Assembly (NCBI GenBank): GCA_963770835.1
Contig: CAVYRH010000004.1
Location: 480,001 to 544,000, forward strand
Reading direction: 5' to 3'
DNA: 64,000 bases
Origin: an uncultured Pseudomonadota bacterium
Lineage (GTDB): Bacteria; Oederibacteriota; Muellerivitia; Muellerivitales; Muellerivitaceae
Part shown: positions 56,268 through 64,000 of the stretch, piece after piece
Position numbering within the stretch: the stretch's first letter is position 1
Layout: the number at the start of each line of letters is the position of its first letter
Notes under the pieces: model-generated
What the model saw: only the letters and a program-made list of their open reading frames with translations
What the model was told of the DNA's origin: nothing
Database searches by the model: none
Translations under genes and position numbers: made by a program

Positions 56268-59200
56268 TCAAAACTTCCCGGCCAATGAAAAAGCCCACAT
56301 GTCCACCGTCTGTAAATTATTGTCATCCTCCCAATAATCGAGGAAGCTGGGAACCCCATAGATCAGGCTGAGCGTGACCGTGTTTTGCCAAAGGTACTTG
56401 GTAAAACCGGCCGAGAAGTTGTCATAAGAACCAAAACGGCTGCCGGTCTGGTCCACATGCTTGTAGTCGCCGTTGACCCAGGTATCACCCCAGAACTTCC
56501 AGCTGAACCGTCCCGAATAAGTGAAGGTTTCCCAGTAATCCGTGAAGGCGTCCCGGAAAAGGCCCGTCAAGAGGATCTTGGGGGTGAATTGGTAATGAAG
56601 CTCGTAATTGGAGGTGGTGACCAAAGCCCGGTCGCTGATGGCGGGATTAGGCAATTGGGGGTCCCCCGCGTTTTGCCCTTCGTCGTACCAGTACCACCAG
56701 AAAAAGAAAAACAGCGGGGGGCGGTAAGTGTTATTTTGCAAAAGCGCCCTCAAGCCGAAATTGCTGTAGGTATCGGTCATGGAGGCATAATCATAATATT
56801 GAACCTGGAGGTTAAGGCCCGTGAGCAAATTGTTCCAGAAGGTGCCCCAGCCCTGCATATCCTTAATTAGCGGAAGGGTATCCATTTGCCAGGTGATTTG
56901 GCCGGTATTCTGGTCCGCGCCGGAATAGGGGGATCCCGAATAGGGGGCGAAAAAGTTGAGCCCATGCTCCAACCGGCTTCCCTGGATCTTGAAAGCCCCG
57001 AATTGGTAGTCCAATTCGGCGTAATAGGCGTTGCTATTCCCCGAGAGGTCGTAGGGGCTTCCGGCGAAAGCGTCGTACGCGCTTTGGGCCACTTCGCCAT
57101 GGAACCCTAAGCGTATATCCCGGAAATAACCTTGCACGTCGGCCTCGTAGGTTTTAACGTCCGCCTCCACCTCCGCGGTCAAAGGATTGGACCCCGGGTT
57201 ATTGCCATACCGGCTATCCAGGAGCCCGGCGCCCAGGAAGCAATCGGAGATCGGCGCAGTCTTAAACCGCAGGAGATAACCGGCCGTATTCCCCAGGCTT
57301 TCGGGGGTCGCGCCATATTCGGAAAAACCGGAGGCTTCGAGCATGCCCAGGCCCTGGACCGTATATCGGTCGTCTATCCCGTAAATTTGATTCCCTAGGA
57401 CGGCCCCGCTCAAAAGGGTCATGGGATCGTCGGTACTGCTCAATTGATCGCCGGTGAAAAGCGAAAATTCATCGCCCTCCGCCCGGACATCCAGCCTCAC
57501 CTTGCCCAAATTAAATTGGGCCTGGTTGGTGCCGGTACCCATCACGGTCCCGTTGGCCACGAATTGCACCGCGTCCGAGGGATTGAACTTGAGGCCTATT
57601 TGCTCACTGGCTATGCCGTCCACCTGTTGGTTTCCGGCGCCGATCAGGCGCACGTTGTCCAGATAGATGGTCTGCCGCCCCGGCGGGATTCCGCCGCTGA
57701 GGCTTTCGATCACGAATTGGATCTGGTGGGTTTGGCTGGCGTTTCGCAGGGTGTCCCATTCCTTCCAAGCCGTGGTCGCCGAAGTGAATTGGTTGCCGAG
57801 CAGGGGAATGTTGAGGTTTCGGTTCCAGCCCGAACTGATTGTCACCGAAATAGACTGGATGTCCTGGCCGGTGGCGGTTCCGTTGTAGGCAGGCCCGGTA
57901 TAAAAAGCCATGTACATTTCCACGGGAAGGCCTGGGTTGTAAACGTCGAACTGGACATTGGAATAGGGGGACATGTCCATGGTCCCTCCCGGGGGATTAT
58001 ATTCAATGGCGGGGTTGGTCCCAACCGCGACAAAAGCGCTCTGATAATCGATCCTCAAGGAATGGGTTCCATCCGTGGCATAGGAAGTGGATTGGGACAG
58101 AACCGCGTTAGCCACGGGCTGCCAGGCCGAGATGTTGCCCTCAAAACTGTCCAGCAGGGTGTACTTCAAGGTACGGGCCGAAATTTGGGTTTCAGAGGAA
58201 AGACCCAAAGCCTTACCCAAATCATCCGAGCCGGTGGCGGGGCTGACCAGGTCCCTTTCGATGATCCTCAAATTGGCCATGGAGAGTTTTCCATCGCCCA
58301 CGTGATGGGGGTAAATGTTGATGATGACGGTCCGAATGTCGTCCCGGGTGCGCAGAAAGTCTGTGCCGCTCCAGTTGGTCTGCAGGGACTTGAAGATAGG
58401 CTGGGTGATATCCACCTTGACCGCCCGGTTCCAGCCCGGCTTCAAGGTGGTTTCGGTGCTTTCCTGCCATTCGCTATTGGGGCCCGTCTGGACCGCCAGG
58501 GTGAAGCCCACGGCGTAATCCTGGGGATTGTAAAAGTCGAACTGCAGTCCCAGGACATTGCTCCAATCGGTCTCTTGGGTTTTCACGAATTGCGCTGTTT
58601 GGGAATCGCTGACGGTCCGGTATTTCATATCCACGATGTTCTCGTCCTGGAAACGCTTGTACTCGGAGACGACCGCGAAGGAATTGCTTCCCGGGCTTGT
58701 TTGCGCCAGCCATCCGTCACCGGCGAAATTCAGGAGGGGGTCCCACAAAACCGAACGGCCCTTCAGCTCGTGCTGGGCCGCGGCCGCGGCTGTCCCCGCC
58801 TTGAAGGAGCCGGTCGCCCGGATATTGTCGAAATAAGCTGAGCCCTTCAAGGCTCCCGTGGAAACGAAACCGATGTAGAGGCTCTTCACCTGGTCCAAGG
58901 GATCGGCATAGGCATGGTTCATCCAGTTGGAGGCGGCGTTCTTGAAGGTTTTGGCTTTGAGTGGAAAAGTCACGTCACGGTTCCAGCCGGGTTTCATCTG
59001 GATTCCCTTGGACTCGGTCCAGTCGTAGGTGTCGCCCAGCTTCAGGACGATTTCAGCCTGGAGGGGAGAGGGGTTGGGGTTATAAATGTCCACCTTGATG
59101 GCCGAGGAATCCTTGAAGTTTAAATCCTGGTCGATGCCGATCCAGGCTTGCTGGTTTTTGTCGTCGAAGTCGAAGTCACATTTCAGCATGTGGGTACCTT

Positions 59201-60476
59201 CGCTGGCTTTCCCCTCCACGATGGTGGAGCCGGTCGCCTTGGAAGAAGCAATGGCAGTCCAGGCCGTAAGGCCCTTCTCGAAACCTTCCAAGAGATTGTC
59301 CCCGCCCGCCGTGGCCGGAACCTGGGGAAAGAGGTCGTTGACCAACTGTTGGACCGACTTGGGATCGTTGGAAAGGAACCGCAGGTTATCCAGGCGGATG
59401 GACGACTTGGCAATCTGGTGGGGATAAAAGGTGAGCCCCAGCTTGCGGGTGACGCTGATGCCGCTGATTCCCACCGTGTTGGTCCATTTGGAAGCCGCGC
59501 TCTTGAAGGTTTTGGCCTTCAGCGCGAAGGTGACGTCGGTGTTCCAGCCCGGTTTCAGGGTGGCGGAGGAGGATTCGTAGTAATCCCAGTTGGCCCCGGT
59601 GTTCACGAATATGGAAGCGTCTATGTTTTGCTTGAAGGGATTGTAAACGTCGTAAACCACGCCCGTCACCTTGGACAGGTCCATATCCGCCTCTAATTGG
59701 AAGGAAGCGTGGGCGTCGGGCTGTTTGCAGTCGAAAGCCAAGTCCGCTACGCGGGTTCCCTCGGGGGCGTCGGACGCGGTCACGGCGTCGGCCCCGGTGG
59801 CCCCGGAATAACCGGTATCGGGCGACAGGGGGCAGGAGCCGTCCTCGAAGCCGGTCACGGTAACCGGGCTTCCGGTGGCCATTTCCTCCGGCCGCACCAT
59901 GGCGACCTTGCCGGGATTGGCGCCCTCCAGGCGGAGGTAGTCGATGTAAAGATATCCTTCCCCGGCTTCCTTCGATTGGAAAATGAGGGAAAGCTGCATG
60001 ATGTCCTTCAGGTCCGTCAGGGTTTTGCCCGAATCGGTTTTGAGGGAAGTCAGGTCGAAAGTCATGTCCTTATTCCAGCCGGGTTGGATGGGTTTTTCCG
60101 GCGACTGGCACCACAACCAGGCCTGGCCCTGCTTGACGATCATCATGAGGGTCATCGGGGTTTTCGAGGCATTGTAGACATCCACGGTCAGGTAGGTTCC
60201 GCCGGTCAGGTCACCCACCTGCCGGGTGGTGAAATCGGCCTTGCCGCCATTCGCGGGGAAAAGAAAATGCCCCCGGTAGCCGAATTTGCCGTGGGAAGGG
60301 AAATCGGGGGAGATGATGCCCCCACTCATGGCCGGGCCTTCCATGCCGGTGGTCCAAAAGGAAGCCCCCAACTCGAAATCCTCCCAAACGAAACCCGATG
60401 CGGCGTGAAGAATGGATGCAATAAAAAAGGCGGCGCCAAAGGCGACCGCCTTTGTAAACCAGGAGTAATTATTCAA
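56268..60476 (-). CDS. Outer-membrane protein with five tandem CBM-like domains fused to a C-terminal beta-barrel
   Basis: Signal peptide; five repeats with D.YN and (P/S)GWN motifs, most also with an FE start and DN.R end; the last ~450 aa are amphipathic strands ending WAFSLAGKF. Confidence 0.75.
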   Translation of the reverse strand: MNNYSWFTKAVAFGAAFFIASILHAASGFVWEDFELGASFWTTGMEGPAMSGGIISPDFPSHGKFGYRGHFLFPANGGKADFTTRQVGDLTGGTYLTVDVYNASKTPMTLMMIVKQGQAWLWCQSPEKPIQPGWNKDMTFDLTSLKTDSGKTLTDLKDIMQLSLIFQSKEAGEGYLYIDYLRLEGANPGKVAMVRPEEMATGSPVTVTGFEDGSCPLSPDTGYSGATGADAVTASDAPEGTRVADLAFDCKQPDAHASFQLEADMDLSKVTGVVYDVYNPFKQNIDASIFVNTGANWDYYESSSATLKPGWNTDVTFALKAKTFKSAASKWTNTVGISGISVTRKLGLTFYPHQIAKSSIRLDNLRFLSNDPKSVQQLVNDLFPQVPATAGGDNLLEGFEKGLTAWTAIASSKATGSTIVEGKASEGTHMLKCDFDFDDKNQQAWIGIDQDLNFKDSSAIKVDIYNPNPSPLQAEIVLKLGDTYDWTESKGIQMKPGWNRDVTFPLKAKTFKNAASNWMNHAYADPLDQVKSLYIGFVSTGALKGSAYFDNIRATGSFKAGTAAAAAQHELKGRSVLWDPLLNFAGDGWLAQTSPGSNSFAVVSEYKRFQDENIVDMKYRTVSDSQTAQFVKTQETDWSNVLGLQFDFYNPQDYAVGFTLAVQTGPNSEWQESTETTLKPGWNRAVKVDITQPIFKSLQTNWSGTDFLRTRDDIRTVIINIYPHHVGDGKLSMANLRIIERDLVSPATGSDDLGKALGLSSETQISARTLKYTLLDSFEGNISAWQPVANAVLSQSTSYATDGTHSLRIDYQSAFVAVGTNPAIEYNPPGGTMDMSPYSNVQFDVYNPGLPVEMYMAFYTGPAYNGTATGQDIQSISVTISSGWNRNLNIPLLGNQFTSATTAWKEWDTLRNASQTHQIQFVIESLSGGIPPGRQTIYLDNVRLIGAGNQQVDGIASEQIGLKFNPSDAVQFVANGTVMGTGTNQAQFNLGKVRLDVRAEGDEFSLFTGDQLSSTDDPMTLLSGAVLGNQIYGIDDRYTVQGLGMLEASGFSEYGATPESLGNTAGYLLRFKTAPISDCFLGAGLLDSRYGNNPGSNPLTAEVEADVKTYEADVQGYFRDIRLGFHGEVAQSAYDAFAGSPYDLSGNSNAYYAELDYQFGAFKIQGSRLEHGLNFFAPYSGSPYSGADQNTGQITWQMDTLPLIKDMQGWGTFWNNLLTGLNLQVQYYDYASMTDTYSNFGLRALLQNNTYRPPLFFFFWWYWYDEGQNAGDPQLPNPAISDRALVTTSNYELHYQFTPKILLTGLFRDAFTDYWETFTYSGRFSWKFWGDTWVNGDYKHVDQTGSRFGSYDNFSAGFTKYLWQNTVTLSLIYGVPSFLDYWEDDNNLQTVDMWAFSLAGKF

Positions 60477-60506
60477 GATCGCAACTCCTTTGTCCTTTAA
60501 TTTGAA

Positions 60507-61295
60507 TCAAAGCCAACTTTGAATATCGATTATGGTATTCGCAAAACCTGATCCACTACCGCCTGTCCCGATTTGGATACCCAAAATCTCAACTTGCGAG
60601 GAATCGAATGGGCCGTTGTAAACGCTATAACCTGAATAACTATCGGTTGCCGTGACCCCGCTTGGGATGGGCAAGGTTAATGTGACACAGCCCGAACTGC
60701 TCGGCGTACTTGTGGAGGCGAAATAGAGTCCGGTTCCCGATTGATAAAGTGAGGAATAGGCTAATCCGCCATTGGGCCCTGCCGTGGATCCTTGCCCTAC
60801 GAAAACAGCCCCATAAAGTTGGGCCGAATCCGAATTCCAACCACCGGTAACGTCAAGAATAAGGGTCACTGATTTCCCGCCCAAATTTACGGGAGACGTT
60901 AAATCGTGTTGGAGAAACACGCCTTGAGTAACCGCGTTGAACCCAACGGTCACCTCCATTGCGCCAGTGGAGGCCGCACAACCCGAAAAAGTTGAATTGT
61001 AAATGATACTGACGGGAAGCCCGGATGGTTGCGTTGTGTTGAGGACCCAATTTGAAACCACACTTTGTGAATTGAAGGTATCTCCCACGAAGGGAGGGGG
61101 AGTCGGCGAAGGAGTGGGAGTCAGCGTAGGTGACCCGGGAAGGGGGGTTGATGTTATTGTAAAAGTGCCCGTTGGGGTGTTCGTTATATATCCATAATAA
61201 GGCTGGGGCGCGAAGTTCCCGCCCTTGCAACCGGTAAAATACAAGGCAGGAAAGATTCCTAACACGACTAAAAGGATGAATGGTAAGCGACGCAT
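60507..61295 (-). CDS. Lipoprotein with Thr/Pro linker and CBM-like domain
   Basis: AGGAGG RBS; lipobox FTGC; C-terminal domain resembles 53217..53855 (SQV..(L/V)G(I/V)QI..G.GS). Confidence 0.7.
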   Translation of the reverse strand: MRRLPFILLVVLGIFPALYFTGCKGGNFAPQPYYGYITNTPTGTFTITSTPLPGSPTLTPTPSPTPPPFVGDTFNSQSVVSNWVLNTTQPSGLPVSIIYNSTFSGCAASTGAMEVTVGFNAVTQGVFLQHDLTSPVNLGGKSVTLILDVTGGWNSDSAQLYGAVFVGQGSTAGPNGGLAYSSLYQSGTGLYFASTSTPSSSGCVTLTLPIPSGVTATDSYSGYSVYNGPFDSSQVEILGIQIGTGGSGSGFANTIIDIQSWL

Positions 61296-61472
61296 GTGAT
61301 TTCCTCCTGGGACAAATTCATCGGCGGAATACCAGCATTATTTTGGAAGGGAAAAGTGTAAATAGTTTCCCTCCCTTACTCCAAGAAGAGGGCCGATGCG
61401 AGGGTGAGTTTTGACGGCTCAAAACAAAAGACACTTTTGGATAAGCCTAAGGAAGTTTAACCTCTTTTTTGT

Positions 61473-61526
61473 TAAAACGGTTAAAGCGTTTTATCAAAAA
61501 ATACCATTTAAGCCCCTGCCTGTCAA
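61473..61526 (-). promoter_or_regulatory. Sigma70 promoter of the glycan operon with overlapping inverted-repeat operator
   Basis: Minus strand TTGACA (61526-61521), 17 nt ending TGG, TATTTT (61503-61498); TAAAACG-N7-CGTTTTA at 61473-61493. Confidence 0.6.
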
Positions 61527-61572
61527 CTTTTCCACTGGAGGATTAAGCCCGAACAGAACCCCTGAAAAGCCG

Positions 61573-61761
61573 TTAGTCTTGTTCCCTTTCGACGTTCATT
61601 TCCTCGACCTCCCCGCCCCGGACCCGCACCCTTAAAACGATCGGTCGGCAGCAATTTTCGCAATCGTTGGTCCACTGGTGGACCCCCGATAGGGGATCCA
61701 AGGGGGAGAAATTGGGGTAACCGCAATAGGGGCAGTCGAACTCGACGTTGGGGCCGCTCAT
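61573..61761 (-). CDS. CPXCG-motif cysteine-rich protein
   Basis: CPYCG..D......DCENCCRPI. Confidence 0.85.
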   Translation of the reverse strand: MSGPNVEFDCPYCGYPNFSPLDPLSGVHQWTNDCENCCRPIVLRVRVRGGEVEEMNVEREQD

Positions 61762-61771
61762 GGAAGCGCGA

Positions 61772-62449
61772 TCAGTCCGAGCCCTTCAACAGGAAGTTAT
61801 TGCTGGGGGGCGGCACGCGGGGGTCTCCGTCGAAAAATTTGTTGAAGTTCACGACGTCCAATTCGTCCACGGGATCGGGGTCTTCCTTGTCCATTTTCCC
61901 GCTCACCCAGGAATGTTCCGTGTGGTTCACGTTGAACTTTTCCTCGTGATCCTTGTCGATGACCGTCAATTTCCCGACCAAATACTGGGCCTGGAAGGTT
62001 TCCTTGGCCGGGTCATAGTGGAGGATACCGTGGACGTCGTTGATGGACGCCACCACGGAACCGGCATTGACCTCGAAAAAGCTTTGGTGGGAGCCGCAGC
62101 CATTGGTCTTGAAATAGAGGGTCCCCTTTTGCAGCACGAACCGGATCTGGCGGTCCGGCCCCTCGATGTAGTACTCGTCAATATTAACCACCGTATTCCC
62201 ATCCAGGCCGATCCGGTCGCCCTTATGGGTTTTGAGGATGGCCCAGCTTTGGTCGTAACAGGTCAGGGTGTCCCCCTTTTCCACCGTGCTTCCGGTTTGA
62301 AGGGCATAGGGCTTGGAACCATCCGCTTTCTGCACCATGACGGTCCCTTCCAGCATCAGGACATCCGCTTCGTTGAAGGTTGCCGCGCGGAGGAAAACCG
62401 GAAACAGGAGGCTGAAGATCGCCGAAAGAGTCAGGGCCTTTATGCGCAT
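61772..62449 (-). CDS. Secreted FecR-domain protein
   Basis: AAGGAG RBS; EGTV.V..L..G..V.KGD..C...SWA.L..GD.I.L..NT..L.KGTL pattern. Confidence 0.75.
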   Translation of the reverse strand: MRIKALTLSAIFSLLFPVFLRAATFNEADVLMLEGTVMVQKADGSKPYALQTGSTVEKGDTLTCYDQSWAILKTHKGDRIGLDGNTVVNIDEYYIEGPDRQIRFVLQKGTLYFKTNGCGSHQSFFEVNAGSVVASINDVHGILHYDPAKETFQAQYLVGKLTVIDKDHEEKFNVNHTEHSWVSGKMDKEDPDPVDELDVVNFNKFFDGDPRVPPPSNNFLLKGSD

Positions 62450-62648
62450 GGGCGCTCCTTGAAGAAATGGAACCAACTGGGATTCTAGCAGGCCCTTGAG
62501 GAAGACTCCAGATTGAATTCACCGTAGAAGACCCAAAGGGAAGCCGCCCGCCACTGAAGAGTGGATGAAGGCCGATGAAATGAAAAGGAACGGGAAATTC
62601 CTCCGGTTTTAAATTAAACTGCCTTTACTTCAAAACAAAAGGACCCCC

Positions 62649-63500
62649 TTGGGAGACCAACCCGTCGTCCTCATTACCGGCTGTTCCACCGGCATCGGCT
62701 TTGAAACCGCCCTGCTCTTGGCCCGGAAAGGTTACCGGGTGTTCGCCACCATGAGGAACATGAAAAAAGCCGGGTCCTTGAGGGATGCTGGAAAAGATTT
62801 TCCTCTTGAAATCCTCCCTTTGGACGTGGATAAGCCTGCTTCGGTCAAAGCCGCCGTTACCGCCGTCCTTAAGAGGGCCGGTCGAATTGACGCGCTGGTG
62901 AACAACGCCGGCTGGGGGGCTTTCGGGGCCATGGAGGAATTTTCAGACACCGAAATCCGCGCCCAGTACGAAACCAACGTATTCGGCCTTTTGCGGGTGA
63001 CGCGGCAGGTATTGCCGGTGATGCGCCGGCAAAAAAACGGCCGGATTATCCACATCGGTTCCCTCGCCGGAAGGATGACTTTCGCCGGAATCGGCCTTTA
63101 CTGCTCCAGCAAACACGCCGTGGAAGCCATCAACGAAAGCCTACGGCTGGAAGTACGCCCTTTTAATATCGAGTCGGCGGTGGTGGAACCAGGCACCATT
63201 TGGACGCCGTTCAAGGTCAACCGCCGCAAGGCGCTGGCTTTCCAGAAAGGGAAGTCGGCTTACCAGAAGGTGTTGGAGAACATTCTCCATTTTGGGAACA
63301 AGCCGTCTTCTTCCATGCCCGGGCCGGAACAAGTGGCGGCCACCGTCCTGAAAGCCCTCCAAGCCGGGCGCATGGCCGTCCGTTATCCCGTGGGAAAGGA
63401 TGCGGTTTGGCTCCCCTTCCTGCGTTGGTTCATGCCGGACTCGCTTTTTGACTGGGTTTTGAAATTGAAATACCAGGGTTTCCAAAAGGGGGGCGCTTGA
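62649..63500 (+). CDS. SDR family oxidoreductase
   Basis: TGCSTGIG, NNAG, YCSSK and VEPG. Confidence 0.93.
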   Translation: MGDQPVVLITGCSTGIGFETALLLARKGYRVFATMRNMKKAGSLRDAGKDFPLEILPLDVDKPASVKAAVTAVLKRAGRIDALVNNAGWGAFGAMEEFSDTEIRAQYETNVFGLLRVTRQVLPVMRRQKNGRIIHIGSLAGRMTFAGIGLYCSSKHAVEAINESLRLEVRPFNIESAVVEPGTIWTPFKVNRRKALAFQKGKSAYQKVLENILHFGNKPSSSMPGPEQVAATVLKALQAGRMAVRYPVGKDAVWLPFLRWFMPDSLFDWVLKLKYQGFQKGGA

Positions 63501-64000
63501 ATCCCCCGCATGTCGCACTCATTACCGGCGCCAACTCCGGGTTTGGCCTAGCCTGCGCCAAGGCTTTGGCCGGGAAGGGATATAGGGTTTACGCCACCTA
63601 CCGCAAACCCCGAAAAGCCGGGCTCCTTTGGGAGCTTTCCCGCGCCCTTCCGGTTTTTCCACTTCTCATGGACATCAATCGCGATCCCTCGGTCCAAAGG
63701 GGGGTCCGGCAAGTGTTGAAACGCGAGGGTCGGATCGACGTTCTTTTGAACAATGCGGGGTTCGTCATGGCCGGTTTTTGGGAGGACCTCTCGGACAAGG
63801 ATATCCGGGAACAGTTCGAAACCAACGTTTTCGGCCTCTTGCGCGTGACCCGGGCGGTGATGCCGGCCATGCGCAAACGGGGGTCCGGGAAAATCCTGAA
63901 TATCGGCAGTATCGCGGCCTTCGCGGCCTTGCCCGGGTTGGGGCCCTATTCGGCCACCAAATCGGCGGTGAACTCCCTAACGGAGGCCCTGCGAATGGAA
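63497..64000 (+). CDS. SDR family oxidoreductase (3'-truncated), tandem paralog
   Basis: TTG overlaps the upstream TGA; NPPHVALITGANSGFG, NNAG and YSATK; runs off the window end. Confidence 0.88.
   Translation, partial: MNPPHVALITGANSGFGLACAKALAGKGYRVYATYRKPRKAGLLWELSRALPVFPLLMDINRDPSVQRGVRQVLKREGRIDVLLNNAGFVMAGFWEDLSDKDIREQFETNVFGLLRVTRAVMPAMRKRGSGKILNIGSIAAFAALPGLGPYSATKSAVNSLTEALRME

Noticed and set aside
53974..58841. Long plus-strand ORFs (436 and 465 aa)
   Set aside because: Antisense shadows of the well-supported GH5 and barrel genes.
62538..62585. AAAGGGAAGCCGCCCGCCACTGAAGAG..GAAA suggesting a cobalamin riboswitch or hammerhead ribozyme
   Set aside because: Only fragments match; the required stems and the closing G-C pair before GAAA are missing.

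Overview
A 64 kb window from a GC-rich, diderm (outer-membrane) bacterium; no rRNA, tRNA, CRISPR array or transposase was seen. Housekeeping genes (serS with a +1 frameshift, ald, livG/livF, ResB/CcsA, M32 carboxypeptidase, Sua5, ppc, purE) are mixed with many secreted and surface proteins. Four Thr/Pro-stalk proteins share a T9SS-CTD/FlgD-Ig-like C-terminal domain, and there are two tandem 'beta-barrel + NHL lipoprotein' modules. A five-gene glycan operon (61295->51439) has no SusC/SusD but carries a 1402-aa protein with five tandem CBM-like domains fused to a beta-barrel, two CBM-like lipoproteins and two GH5 enzymes. Intergenic DNA holds many periodic inverted-repeat elements. One heptamer-armed element carries an intact four-helix-bundle gene between livG and livF, while others are empty or hold decayed relics, and some palindromes lie in frame inside coding genes. 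The gene style resembles uncultured FCPU426-like lineages (inference only). All family calls come from motif recognition by eye, not database searches.
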